DNA of 64,000 bases from an uncultured Lachnospiraceae bacterium (lineage in GTDB: Bacteria > Bacillota > Clostridia > Lachnospirales > Lachnospiraceae): positions 15,256 to 79,255 of the forward strand of contig CANQRR010000005.1 of the NCBI GenBank assembly GCA_947626285.1, in the 5' to 3' direction. Under the pieces are notes generated by a model, which was given only the letters and a program-made list of their open reading frames with translations, had not been told where the DNA came from and searched no databases. Both the position numbers and the translations under genes were made by a program. Numbering within the stretch: position 1 is the stretch's first letter; each line of letters starts with the position of its first letter. Shown piece by piece: positions 21,631-31,695 of this stretch.

Positions 21631-22272
21631 TTAGCGGCGCAAGGACAGCAGCCACGCCGCGATATGGACCGCCTGCGGGAACTCACCCTTCGCGATCATA
21701 TCGTCGATCTCCTGCGCCGTGTGCTTCCTCACATTCAGAAATTCCGTCTCATCCAGGGACTGTCCCGACACCTTGCGGCAGTTTCGCGCTACAAAAAGAT
21801 ACGCATAGTCGTCAGCGATCGTCGCGTGGGACGGCATCGCAAGCAGATAGCTCCACTCGTCGGACTCATAGCCAGTCTCCTCCCGCAGCTCGCGCTTTGC
21901 CGCCGCAAGAGCGTTTTCCGCAAAGCCGCTGTCTGAGCCGTACTCTTTTCCATCCTTTCGCTCGATCCCGCCCGCGGGGAACTCCGTCGTCACTTTCCGG
22001 ATCCCCTGCCGAAACTGGCGGACGCACAGATAATTTCCCTCCGTGTCGGAGGCTACGATCACGACATAATCCTTGCGGGTGTAGGTATAATACGGCTCGA
22101 ACACGCTTCCGTCCGGAAGGCGGTACGCCGACCGCCGAAAGTCGATCCACTCATCCTGTATGAGATGCTCCGTGCTGACTTCCTCCCAGACAAGGGCATC
22201 CCGATCCTCTCTGCTCTCCGTATTCTGCTCCGCTTTAGATCTGATGATATCGTTCTTTTCTTCACGCTTCAT
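21631..22272 (-). CDS. Nudix hydrolase (ADP-ribose pyrophosphatase-like)
   Basis: VRQFR, EFPAGG and AAKRELREETG (Nudix box). Confidence 0.9.
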   Translation of the reverse strand: MKREEKNDIIRSKAEQNTESREDRDALVWEEVSTEHLIQDEWIDFRRSAYRLPDGSVFEPYYTYTRKDYVVIVASDTEGNYLCVRQFRQGIRKVTTEFPAGGIERKDGKEYGSDSGFAENALAAAKRELREETGYESDEWSYLLAMPSHATIADDYAYLFVARNCRKVSGQSLDETEFLNVRKHTAQEIDDMIAKGEFPQAVHIAAWLLSLRR

Positions 22273-22330
22273 GTTCTGCTCCCGCTCCTCTGTCTGTTTT
22301 TCTCAGAATAACACAGATTTTTTGTCCTGT

Positions 22331-25300
22331 CTATCGCATATGCTGCGCGGGCGGACCGAAATACGACGCTTTCCTTTCAGTTCCGTCCTCACATATTTCA
22401 AGGCGCTCCAACACAAGTCCCGCTTCCCGCGGCGATATTGTGATCTGATTGATCCCGGTGTGCAAGGTAATCGGAACGTCTGCCGCATGCTCCTGCGCAA
22501 GCACCGCCTCCGCCCATTCCCGGCAGTCGTTTTCGCCGCTCCGGTAGGACGGATCCGCGATCACCACCGTCTGCGGCGGCGCCCCGTTGACCGACACATC
22601 CATGCGCAGCATGCCCCCGTAGACCAACGGATTCGCCGGGGACGTGTGCAGCGTCAGGACAGCGCCGCACTCCTTCGGGTTCCATATTTCGTAGCTCAGC
22701 CCCGGCGCGTCCTCCGGTCCGGAAAACGCCGCCGTGACCGGGAACACTTTCATCCCGGAACCGAATTTTCCGTAATCCGTAAGCTCCTCGAAAGACGCCT
22801 CCGCCCCGGCGCAATGCCCCGGAGTCTTTCGGTTGTAATCCACGGCGTTGATTGCGCAGACCCCGCCCTGCAACAAAAACACTCCGTCCGGAATCTCCGC
22901 AGGATCGTCCTCCCTAGGCCGGGTGATAACCGTTCTCTCTTCATTCGTTGTATACACTTCCCGCTGCGCTGTCAGTTGGTTTTCACAAGCTGGACTGCGC
23001 AGCAGGAAACGCAGCGGCACGCGCTCCTCTCCGGCGCAGATGCTACAGGTGGCTTCTGTTCCCAGCACGTCGTCGCAGTGGAAAACTTCCGTCCCCGAAA
23101 CAGTACAAAACGTTTCCCGCTCTCTTTTGGCACAGACCTCGCCGGGTGTGCCTTTCGTCTGTTCTACAGGAATCTTTTTCCTACTCCGCAGACGGATACG
23201 GACCTCGTCGGCAAGCTCCGTGCTCCCCTCCAGCGAAGAAAATTCCAGGCAGGAGGGCGCGTCCTCAATCTTCCAGCACAGAACACCCTGTCCGCCGTTG
23301 GCAACCCGGAGCGTCACTTCCCGCGCGCCCGCAAAACAAAAGTCTTCGATCACAAGCGGCACGGGAAAATACTGATTCGTGTAGATTCTGCAGTCGTCCG
23401 TGCGCGACACGCTCAGCCGCGGCTCTTTCGGCAGCGTAAGCACATGGCGCAACGGATAGCGCCAGTCCTGCGCATTCCAATTCACAAAGCCGATGTGCGC
23501 GGCAAGCTCCATGCCCCTCCATTTTCCGTCCCGGAAAGCCGCCAGCTGTTCCGCGGCCTCTTCGTCTTTTCGAATACATTCTTCCAGCTTCTCCCCGTAC
23601 ACGTTGGCAAGCGCGATCCCCTGCGAAGCGTATAGATGATTGAATCCGGCGTACAGATGCATTTTCAGAAGATTCGCGATCCCAGCTGCCGGATACCAGA
23701 TCATGCTGAAATAAGCGTCCGCGCACGGCGTCCCTGCAAGCCGCTGCCTCATGCGCTCATTTTCCTGCTCCAGCCGCTTCGCCCGCTCCAGCATGGTCCG
23801 CCCCTCATGGTAGTGCGCCGGATGGTACACCCGGTCGTTCAGGGCCTCCGCGCGGCGCAGTCCGTGCAGGCGCACGGATTCCTCCTGAATCCAGACGATC
23901 TTCTCCACCGCATCCGCTGGAAGCCAATATCCGAACAGATGCCCGATCCACTCCCGCGTATAATCCAGGGTCTGCGGATAATGCCCCGTCCCCAGCCGTT
24001 CGAAGTTATAGGCAAGTTCCATGAAATAGCCCAGCGGATACTCCTGGAACTTCAGATCCCCCACATTCGCGATCCAGAGCGTGCGCACCCCGTATTCGTA
24101 CGCCTGCGTCATCTGCTCCCAGATGCGTGGAATCGGCGTGGAATTCACCCACTCGTAGGAGATCGGCGCGCCATGGTAATCCAGATGGTAATACATCCCA
24201 TAGCCGCCCGGATGCTCCTCATGCGGCAGCGCGCGCATATTCCCGAAATTGTCGTCGCAGAAAAGCAGCGTCACGTCGTCCAGTTCCGGGAACCCGCGCA
24301 ACCCCTCTGAGCCAGCGCCGCCGAAAAAGTATTCCTCCACTTCCTTGTAGATGGCAAAGAGCTGCGGCACGGGCCCGCTCTCCGCCTCCACGTGCTCGCG
24401 GATAAGCCGCCGCTGCTGCGCGATGATCTCCTTTAGCTGCCGCACGTTCTCTTCGACCGTCGAACCTTCCTCCAGAAGCTTGCTGTCCCGCTCGCCTCGC
24501 ATACCCACGGTCGGGAAAATGTTCTGTCCCTTCACCCGCGCCAGTCCGTCCTCCCAGAACCGCAGGAGACCATCTTTGTTCCTCTCGTAATCCCAGTCCG
24601 TACCGTAAGGAGAATCCTCACCCTTGAAGCGGCTGAACTCTTCGCCGGAACGCATGCAGGGCTCATGATGCGACATTCCGATATAGATCCCGTATTCGGT
24701 CGCAAGCTCCATGGACGCAAGCCCCGGTCCGTCCAGCAGAAAGGAGGACGACCACATCGCGGGCCAGAGGTAATTCCCCTTCATGCGCAGGAGATACTCA
24801 AAGACATGCTCGTACATCTGCGCCGTGAATCCCCCGAAATGTTCCGTCGTCCACGTGCCGAAGCAGGGCCACTCGTCGTTGATGAAGAACCCGCGGTACT
24901 TCACGGACGGCTCCTTCGCGATCGCGTTTTCGACCTGTCGTTCCACATGCACAGAGGAACTTTGCAGATCCCGCCCGCAGATCTGTTTTATATCGTTTTC
25001 TGTTCCATGCGCACCTGTATGCCCGGCGGCTGTCAGCGTCACGCTCTCATAGGACGGCGGCGCCACGTCGCCCCAGAATCCCCACGCGGTGACGCCAAGC
25101 AACTCTGAGAGATGAAACATCCCATAGATCGTCCCCAGCTTGTCGCTGCCCAGGATGACAAGTCCCTCTTTCACCTCCGGGAGCGGGCGTTCAATTAGGA
25201 AAAATCCGTACGCCTCCCATTTCCCCGCAAGCTCCCTGAGCCGTGGGATACGCTCTGAAAGCTGTCCCGACAGCTCCCCTTTCCCGAACGTGCCGACCAG

Positions 25301-25459
25301 AATCGCCTGCGCGCAGGCCGTCCCGGGAGAACTCAAGGCGCAGCGGGCTCCGGTCGTATCCGCAATATCCTTCGCCATCTTCTCCCAGATCCTGCGGATC
25401 CCGGAATCCGCGCCCGAATCCAGGATCACATGGATCGTCTCATTCCCTGAAAATATCAC
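22331..25459 (-). CDS. GH115 alpha-glucuronidase (xylan)
   Basis: GSDKLGTIYG, EPSVKYRGFFINDE, NYLWPAMW, SHHEP, YYHLDY and WIANVGDLK motifs; GTG start at 25459 with an RBS; no signal peptide seen. Confidence 0.9.
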   Translation of the reverse strand: MIFSGNETIHVILDSGADSGIRRIWEKMAKDIADTTGARCALSSPGTACAQAILVGTFGKGELSGQLSERIPRLRELAGKWEAYGFFLIERPLPEVKEGLVILGSDKLGTIYGMFHLSELLGVTAWGFWGDVAPPSYESVTLTAAGHTGAHGTENDIKQICGRDLQSSSVHVERQVENAIAKEPSVKYRGFFINDEWPCFGTWTTEHFGGFTAQMYEHVFEYLLRMKGNYLWPAMWSSSFLLDGPGLASMELATEYGIYIGMSHHEPCMRSGEEFSRFKGEDSPYGTDWDYERNKDGLLRFWEDGLARVKGQNIFPTVGMRGERDSKLLEEGSTVEENVRQLKEIIAQQRRLIREHVEAESGPVPQLFAIYKEVEEYFFGGAGSEGLRGFPELDDVTLLFCDDNFGNMRALPHEEHPGGYGMYYHLDYHGAPISYEWVNSTPIPRIWEQMTQAYEYGVRTLWIANVGDLKFQEYPLGYFMELAYNFERLGTGHYPQTLDYTREWIGHLFGYWLPADAVEKIVWIQEESVRLHGLRRAEALNDRVYHPAHYHEGRTMLERAKRLEQENERMRQRLAGTPCADAYFSMIWYPAAGIANLLKMHLYAGFNHLYASQGIALANVYGEKLEECIRKDEEAAEQLAAFRDGKWRGMELAAHIGFVNWNAQDWRYPLRHVLTLPKEPRLSVSRTDDCRIYTNQYFPVPLVIEDFCFAGAREVTLRVANGGQGVLCWKIEDAPSCLEFSSLEGSTELADEVRIRLRSRKKIPVEQTKGTPGEVCAKRERETFCTVSGTEVFHCDDVLGTEATCSICAGEERVPLRFLLRSPACENQLTAQREVYTTNEERTVITRPREDDPAEIPDGVFLLQGGVCAINAVDYNRKTPGHCAGAEASFEELTDYGKFGSGMKVFPVTAAFSGPEDAPGLSYEIWNPKECGAVLTLHTSPANPLVYGGMLRMDVSVNGAPPQTVVIADPSYRSGENDCREWAEAVLAQEHAADVPITLHTGINQITISPREAGLVLERLEICEDGTERKASYFGPPAQHMR

Positions 25460-25554
25460 TGCCGTTCCCTCCTTCCCGGCTGCGCACACGCTCAAAACAT
25501 TCTATCCCGGAATCCGCACCGGAATTGTTTTTCGCACTCTTTCAGTCTTTTCCC

Positions 25555-27837
25555 CTACTCGCTCTTTAGATAGAGCCGGAACGGGGCGACACAGAATCCG
25601 TTCTCCCCGTATAAAAGCAACGCGCCCGGCGCGCGGGACCACGCATACCGCACATAACACGGATCGCTCACCTTTTCCGAATACAGCTGTACACAATTTC
25701 CAGCCCGATCCGCAGAACGCGAACCGTCCTCCGGCGCACCGCCATTTTCTCCGCAATCTTCTCTCTCCACAGCCACCATGGCCGGATAATAGATTCCATC
25801 GTCGCCCGCCAGTTCAAACAGGCGCGGATTTTTCGGGATCGCCTGAATTTGCGGACGCGGATTCCCCTCTGCCGCTGAATCTTGCGAACACGGAGCTTCC
25901 TCTGCCGCTGAATCTTGCAGACACGGATTCCCCTCTGCTGTGGGGCCTTGCGGACATAAATCTCCCGCTGCAGCCAATTCTTCCGGGCGCAGCCGCAGCG
26001 CCACCGATCCGTCAAAGCGTAGCCGCACGCATCCCTTTCTGGTCTTCCCACCGAAACTCCCCTGCGCCTCCCAGCCGCAGAGCTCCGGCGCCTTCCACTC
26101 CAAATTCTCTCTGTAGACCAGCGCGCGCACCGCGCACACGGCGCGCTCCGCCACCGTCTTCTTGTCGCGCGGGTGCAGGTCATTGTCCTCCCCCACATCC
26201 AGGTTCACCGTGACCGCCACGTCCTCCAACTCTCCCGCCTGCATCTGCGCTTCCCGGACCAGGGACCAAGCGTCGCCCGGAGCGACGTCCACGCCGCAGT
26301 TCGGCAGCTGCACGATCACAAAAGGCAGCTTTTCCTGCCGCCAGTGTCTCCGCCAGTCTCGGATCAGTCCCCGCAGGACGGCTGCATAAGTCCGTGGGCG
26401 GCTGTCGTTGGACTCGCCCTGATACCAGAGCACGCCCCGCACCCGATAGGGCAGACAGGGGGCGAGCATTCCGTGATACAGGGCGGTCGGCATCCAGCTG
26501 ATAAAGGTCTGCGCCGGTGCCGGACTGCAGACCGCGCGCAGCTGATATTCCCACGCGTCTGCCAGGGATACACGCCTCAGGCGTTTCGCCCGATCCGCCA
26601 GCGCCAGTCGCACCAGGCGCTTTGTGTCATCTGCCAGACGTTCGGTACCGTCTGTCAGGCGTCCGATACCATCTGTCAGATATTCGGTACCATCCGTCAG
26701 ATGCGCGTTCGCAGAATTCTCCTCCCAGACGATCTCCAGCGGCTGCCCCGCCGTGCTTCGCCCCTCTCCGTCCCTGCACACCAACCGAATGAGTATCTCA
26801 TTTTCCCCCTCGCGCAGGAGTCCCGCCGGGACCGGATAGCGCCGGGGCGGATAGCGGTAGTCCGTCGCGCCCACACAACTCCCGTTGATCCAGACCGTGT
26901 CGCTGTCCACCAGCGTCCCGAAGCGCAGCAGTCCGTCCTTTTGCAGACAGTCCGCAGGCACGTCGAACGTCTTCCGCAGATAAATGCAGCCGCAGAAGTT
27001 CTCCAACTCCGCTCCCCAGTCCCGCACCTGCCCCGGAAGGATCGCCGGACGCCACGGCGCGTCCGCGCCTGCACGTTCCTGACGGGCAATCTCCCGCTGC
27101 CAGTCCTCCTCCGCGCGCGCCTCCCGTTCTGTCAGCTCCCTGCAATAATCGTCGTCCTTGTAGACATCGGCAAGCGCCAGAGGCTCCGGCCACTCCTGCA
27201 GCCCTTCACGGCTCATCCAGGCCTCTGCGGGCGTCCCTCCAAGACTCAGGTTCAAAATACCCACCGGCACCTTTTTCTGTTCGGCAAGTTTTTTCCCGAA
27301 AAAGTACGCGAAAGCGGAGACCTCCGGCAGTTTCTCCCCGGTACAGCTTCTCCATTCCGCCTCCACATGATCCGAAAGCGGTCCGCGAAAATCTCGTTGT
27401 TCCGTCACCTTGTATTCGTGCACCTCCGGCGCCCCACCGTCCCGGAATTCCTCCGGAAAGCGCTCGCACACCCTGCTCATCGGCAGCTCCATGTTGGACT
27501 GTCCGGCACAGACAAACACCTCTCCCACATACAGCTCGCGGATCACGATCTCTTCCCCGCGCGCGTTCGCCGCACGCAGGAGATACGGCCCGCCGGCCGG
27601 CGGCAAAGGCAGTTCGGTCTCGAAACATCCATCCGCGTCCGCCTCCGTCTGTGCGTGACAGAGAACGCCTTCGCGCTGTGACATGAGAATAGGCTCTCCT
27701 GCCTTCTGCCGCGGCTTTCCCGTATCTTCCAGCATGATCCGCACTTCCGCCCGCGGATCCGTCCAGCCCCATATCCTGCACCGGCTGCCCTGCTGCAGCA
27801 CACAGCCGTCCGAAAACAGTTTCGGAAGTCTCAGCAT
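25555..27837 (-). CDS. Sialate O-acetylesterase-family (SASA, SGNH) carbohydrate acetylesterase with an inserted sugar-binding domain
   Basis: AGQSNME, GGTPAEAW, WYQGESN, VQLPN and DLHP motifs; probable start MLRLPKLF at 27837. Confidence 0.88.
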   Translation of the reverse strand: MLRLPKLFSDGCVLQQGSRCRIWGWTDPRAEVRIMLEDTGKPRQKAGEPILMSQREGVLCHAQTEADADGCFETELPLPPAGGPYLLRAANARGEEIVIRELYVGEVFVCAGQSNMELPMSRVCERFPEEFRDGGAPEVHEYKVTEQRDFRGPLSDHVEAEWRSCTGEKLPEVSAFAYFFGKKLAEQKKVPVGILNLSLGGTPAEAWMSREGLQEWPEPLALADVYKDDDYCRELTEREARAEEDWQREIARQERAGADAPWRPAILPGQVRDWGAELENFCGCIYLRKTFDVPADCLQKDGLLRFGTLVDSDTVWINGSCVGATDYRYPPRRYPVPAGLLREGENEILIRLVCRDGEGRSTAGQPLEIVWEENSANAHLTDGTEYLTDGIGRLTDGTERLADDTKRLVRLALADRAKRLRRVSLADAWEYQLRAVCSPAPAQTFISWMPTALYHGMLAPCLPYRVRGVLWYQGESNDSRPRTYAAVLRGLIRDWRRHWRQEKLPFVIVQLPNCGVDVAPGDAWSLVREAQMQAGELEDVAVTVNLDVGEDNDLHPRDKKTVAERAVCAVRALVYRENLEWKAPELCGWEAQGSFGGKTRKGCVRLRFDGSVALRLRPEELAAAGDLCPQGPTAEGNPCLQDSAAEEAPCSQDSAAEGNPRPQIQAIPKNPRLFELAGDDGIYYPAMVAVEREDCGENGGAPEDGSRSADRAGNCVQLYSEKVSDPCYVRYAWSRAPGALLLYGENGFCVAPFRLYLKSE
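25824..25955. repeat. Four degenerate 33-bp in-frame tandem repeats in the esterase gene
   Basis: Units start at 25824, 25857, 25890 and 25923 (e.g. GCGGATTCCCCTCTGCCGCTGAATCTTGCGAAC); encode CPQGPTAEGNP/CLQDSAAEEAP/CSQDSAAEGNP. Confidence 0.85.
26618..26701. repeat. Four degenerate 21-bp in-frame tandem repeats in the esterase gene
   Basis: Units start at 26618, 26639, 26660 and 26681; encode LTDGTEY/LTDGIGR/LTDGTER/LADDTKR. Confidence 0.88.
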
Positions 27838-27934
27838 CTCCCGTCCCTCCCTTTTCACTGCCTGTCTTTTCCATCTATCTCTTTCACCCGAGCCCAGGCC
27901 TCCCCTCCTGCCGTTCACCCTGTCTTCCAAAAAT

Positions 27935-27998
27935 ATCTTAGCTGAAATCAGCTGCTGTGTCAAAGCAAAAACGAAGGACTGCCGAACCGACAGCCCTC
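27935..27998 (-). promoter_or_regulatory. Terminator of the ABC operon followed by a sigma-A promoter for the esterase-GH115 genes
   Basis: Hairpin 27975-27997 with a U-tract on the minus strand; TTGACA (27958-27963)-17-TAAGAT (27935-27940); palindrome AGCTGA-N2-TCAGCT at 27940-27953. Confidence 0.7.
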
Positions 27999-28022
27999 GC
28001 ATTTTCAAAGTTTTCTTTCTCT

Positions 28023-28922
28023 TTACTCCTTTACGCCGCCGATCGTAAGACCCGTCACGAAATACCTCTGCAAAAACGGGTACAGGCAGATGATCGGGAG
28101 CATGGTGACTACCGTCGCCGCCGCGCGTACTGATACCGGCGTAACCGTCGCCGCCTGGCCCGCGCTCGCCATGTTGGTGGCGCTGCCGCTCTGCTGCATG
28201 ACGGAAGACAGCAGCTTCATCAGCTCATACTGCAGCGTGGTGTACTCGGGAGCCATGCGGTTGTAGATCATGGCGTCAAACCAGGAGTTCCACTGCCCGA
28301 CCGCCACGAACAGCGCGACCGTCGCGTACACCGGCTTACACAGCGGGGAGATGATCTTCCAGAAGATCGTGAAATCTCCCGCGCCGTCAATCTGCGCGGA
28401 TTCCGCCAGCGAATCCGGCAGGCCCTCCATATACGTTCGCAGGACAAGCATGTTGAACGCGCTGATCATTCCTGGAATGACGTACACCCAGAAGGAATTC
28501 GTGAGTCCCAGGCCGCGGTACACCAACAGTACCGGGATCAGTCCGCCGTTCACATACATCGTGAGCACCCAGAAGAAGGAGAGCTGTGAGCGGAACAGGA
28601 AGCGCTTCCGGCTGACGATGTACGCGAGCAGCGCGTTCGTCACCAGCGCCAGCAGCGTTCCGACCAGCGTACGCGCCACACTGATGTACGCGCCGGTGAT
28701 CATGTTCTGCTGATGCAGCACCGTGGTGTAGTTCTTCAGCACGAACTTGCGCGGCCACAGATGGATCCCGCCGCGCACGGCGTCCACGCCGTCGTTAAAG
28801 GAGATGGCTACCGTATTCAACACCGGGTACAGCGTGATCACCACAAACGCGATCATAAAGAGCGTATTGCAGACCACGAATAGCTTATCCGGCCATTTTG
28901 TTTTCATTTTTGTTCTCTTCAT
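28023..28922 (-). CDS. Carbohydrate ABC transporter permease (LplC/YtcP-like)
   Basis: TM helices, ESAQIDGA (EAA motif), YPFLQRYFVTGLTIGGVKE C-terminus. Confidence 0.95.
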   Translation of the reverse strand: MKRTKMKTKWPDKLFVVCNTLFMIAFVVITLYPVLNTVAISFNDGVDAVRGGIHLWPRKFVLKNYTTVLHQQNMITGAYISVARTLVGTLLALVTNALLAYIVSRKRFLFRSQLSFFWVLTMYVNGGLIPVLLVYRGLGLTNSFWVYVIPGMISAFNMLVLRTYMEGLPDSLAESAQIDGAGDFTIFWKIISPLCKPVYATVALFVAVGQWNSWFDAMIYNRMAPEYTTLQYELMKLLSSVMQQSGSATNMASAGQAATVTPVSVRAAATVVTMLPIICLYPFLQRYFVTGLTIGGVKE

Positions 28923-28934
28923 GCCGACACCCCC

Positions 28935-29876
28935 TTAGAACAGACGCTGCTCACCGGACCGCTTCGCGACCTGGTTCGCTATTACGATGAGCATAATGGC
29001 GACAACGCTCTTGAAGATACCTGCCGCCGTACCAAGAGAATAGTCGTTCTGGCTGATACCCCACGTCAGCACGTAGATATCGATGGTCTCAGAGACCTTC
29101 TTCACAAGTCCGTTTCCCAGCAGGTACTGGACTTCGAAGCCTGCGTTCAGCACGTTGCCGATGTTCATCAGAAGCAGGATCATGATCGTCGGCTTGATGC
29201 TCGGCAGCGTAATGCTCTTGATCTTCGCCCAGCGCCCGGCGCCGTCGATGGCGGCCGCCTCATACAGGCTCGGATCGATGGACGTGATCGCCGCCAGATA
29301 GATAATCGCGTTCCACCCGGTCTCCTTCCAGACGTTGGCGAATGCCACGATCGGCCAGAAGAACGATTTGTTGGCGAAGAAGTTGACCGCCCGGTCCACA
29401 ATGCCCAGATTCATCAGCAGTTCGTTCACGACGCCGGAATTCGACAACGCGTCGTGCAGGATGCCGGTAACGATAATCCAGGAGAGGAAATGCGGAAGAT
29501 AGGAGATCGTCTGCACAAGCTTCTTCCCCAGTCCGAAACGGATCTCATTGAGCAGGATCGCGAACAGGATCGCCATCACAAAGGTCGCGACCAGATTTAT
29601 GACGCCCATCGCCAGCGTGTTCCGGATGACGCGGAGGAACGTGGCGTCGGAAAACAGGAATTTGAACTTGTCAAGACCCACGAATTTGGATCCGAACAAT
29701 CCGGTCCTCGGCTTGTAATTCTCAAAGGCCATCAGCCAGCCGCCAAGGGGGATGTAGTAAAAGATAATGCCGTATATCACAAATATAAGAGAACAGATAA
29801 TAAGGAATTTCTGCCGTTTCACCTCTTTCCAGGTGATCGGCACTCTCGCCGCTTTTGTCTTTGCCTTGCGCTTCAT
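28935..29876 (-). CDS. Carbohydrate ABC transporter permease (LplB-like)
   Basis: SYLPHFLSW, WKETGW and YEAAAIDGA motifs. Confidence 0.95.
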   Translation of the reverse strand: MKRKAKTKAARVPITWKEVKRQKFLIICSLIFVIYGIIFYYIPLGGWLMAFENYKPRTGLFGSKFVGLDKFKFLFSDATFLRVIRNTLAMGVINLVATFVMAILFAILLNEIRFGLGKKLVQTISYLPHFLSWIIVTGILHDALSNSGVVNELLMNLGIVDRAVNFFANKSFFWPIVAFANVWKETGWNAIIYLAAITSIDPSLYEAAAIDGAGRWAKIKSITLPSIKPTIMILLLMNIGNVLNAGFEVQYLLGNGLVKKVSETIDIYVLTWGISQNDYSLGTAAGIFKSVVAIMLIVIANQVAKRSGEQRLF

Positions 29877-29910
29877 AACCGGCCTCCTCCCAACAAACAA
29901 CATCTTTCAT

Positions 29911-29949
29911 AAAAAGCAGCCATAGTCACTTTTCAGCAACCATGGCTGC
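29911..29949 (-). terminator. Stem-loop after the solute-binding-protein gene (partial terminator or mRNA stabiliser)
   Basis: GCAGCCAT (29916-29923) / ATGGCTGC (29942-29949) followed by a U5 tract on the minus strand. Confidence 0.6.
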
Positions 29950-29987
29950 CCTCATATCTTCACTGTGTCAGTCTGAATCGGTAAGTC

Positions 29988-31658
29988 TTACTCGATACCG
30001 GCTCTCCTGTTCAGCTCTTCCTGCATCTCATCCAGGAAGCTCTGCGGATCCGTGTCGTTGTAAGCTTCCATGTACTGCTCCCAGGTGCCCTCGAAGTCGG
30101 AGGACATAACCACCTGCGGCAGCCACTCATGCTTCACTTCACCCATCTTCGTCCATGCAACGCCGCCCGGGGTCTCGGTGGTCATCGCGTTGGAGAAGGA
30201 GTACATCGGGAACCACGGCTCGTTGTGCTCAACGATGGAACCGATCATGTCCGGATAGTTCTCAGCGCCGTACGCCTCGAAGCAGGCCCTCAGCGGCTCA
30301 GCAAGGCCGGAGAAGAACTCGGAAGTCTGCTCGGTCGGCTGCATCGCGTTCTTGCCGTCTCTGCTGGTGCCCAGCCACTGCGGCATATAGGAGTACTGGC
30401 AGAAGTGGGAAGCCTGGTAAGCGGTATCCGCCGCCTGCATTCTCATCTCCTCGGTCCTGTAGTACATTCCGTCGTCGTCTACCAGGTAGTCAACACCCTC
30501 GATACCCCAGAAACGAAGATCATGGATCTCCTGATCCAGAATGTCGTTCATGAACTTGAACGCAGCGTCCGGATCCTCGCAGCTCGTGGTAACCGCGCAT
30601 CCGCTGGAATTGTTCAGCGTGTCGTCGTAGGTGTGCCATCTGTTGTCCATGCCCTCGTCGATCGTCAGTCCAAGCGGAACATAGTTGCAGCCCTGAAGGT
30701 CAAGACCCTGCTGCTTGAACACATCGTTCACGGTGAAAGCGAAATCCCACCACTGGTCGCACATGCCAAGCACTGCGCCCGTGGACAGCTTCGCGATGTA
30801 CTCATCGTAGATCTGCGTAGCGAACTCGCCGTCGATCATGCCCTTCGCGTACTCTTCGTTCAGCTTCTGGAAGTATCTCTTCGCGGTCTCAGTCGTGTTG
30901 TAGTCCACGATCTTCGGAGCGCTCGGATCGGACTTGTCAACGATAACGGAACCGTCGTTCGGATAGCCGTCCAGGAATTCCGGCGCGTTCTCGATACAGA
31001 AGTATCTCCAGTCGTCGCAGAGAATCGTGTACGGGATATTCGGCGTGCCGTCTTCCATCGTCGGATTCGCCTCGTAGTAGCTCTCAAGCAGATCAAAGTA
31101 CTGATCCAGCGTCTTGATCTCCGGATAGCCTGCCCACTCAAGCACTCTCGCCTGTACCCAGAACGCCTCGTCATTGTGCGTCGTGCTTCTGTTCTCGCCG
31201 TAGCTGTTCTGGAACACGTTCGCCCAGTAGATGTGGCCGTCGTCCTGACGGAACATATCCCACTCTTCGTCGGTGTACATTTCTTTCAGGTTCGGATACT
31301 TCTCAATATAGTCATCCCACGCCACCAGCGCGCCCTCGTCGTACAGCGCCATCATGCCGTCGCCGCCGTCGATGAAGTCCGGAAGGTCGCCGCTCGCGAT
31401 GATCGTACCGACTGCCTCGGCAGCCGTCTGGCCGGTCAGCCAGGTCTCTTTTACTTTCGCACCCACCTTGTGTGCGATGATGTCCATGATCTCGTTGTCA
31501 TCGTTGATCTCGGAACCCGGCATCGCGGAGAACATCGTAAAGCTGATGATCTCGTCGTCCGAGTACTCACCTTCCTCTGCGGAAGCCGTGAATCCGGTCA
31601 GCATGGTCGCCGCCATCGTTGCGCTCAGGAAAAGCGCGGTCAGTTTTCTCAGTTTCAT
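29988..31658 (-). CDS. ABC transporter extracellular oligosaccharide-binding protein (LplA-like)
   Basis: Signal peptide, SGDLPDFID motif, acidic family-1 SBP; first gene of the lplABC-type operon. Confidence 0.92.
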   Translation of the reverse strand: MKLRKLTALFLSATMAATMLTGFTASAEEGEYSDDEIISFTMFSAMPGSEINDDNEIMDIIAHKVGAKVKETWLTGQTAAEAVGTIIASGDLPDFIDGGDGMMALYDEGALVAWDDYIEKYPNLKEMYTDEEWDMFRQDDGHIYWANVFQNSYGENRSTTHNDEAFWVQARVLEWAGYPEIKTLDQYFDLLESYYEANPTMEDGTPNIPYTILCDDWRYFCIENAPEFLDGYPNDGSVIVDKSDPSAPKIVDYNTTETAKRYFQKLNEEYAKGMIDGEFATQIYDEYIAKLSTGAVLGMCDQWWDFAFTVNDVFKQQGLDLQGCNYVPLGLTIDEGMDNRWHTYDDTLNNSSGCAVTTSCEDPDAAFKFMNDILDQEIHDLRFWGIEGVDYLVDDDGMYYRTEEMRMQAADTAYQASHFCQYSYMPQWLGTSRDGKNAMQPTEQTSEFFSGLAEPLRACFEAYGAENYPDMIGSIVEHNEPWFPMYSFSNAMTTETPGGVAWTKMGEVKHEWLPQVVMSSDFEGTWEQYMEAYNDTDPQSFLDEMQEELNRRAGIE

Positions 31659-31695
31659 TTTCTACCTCCTTGTAAATGAATTTTTCCGGTTCTTA

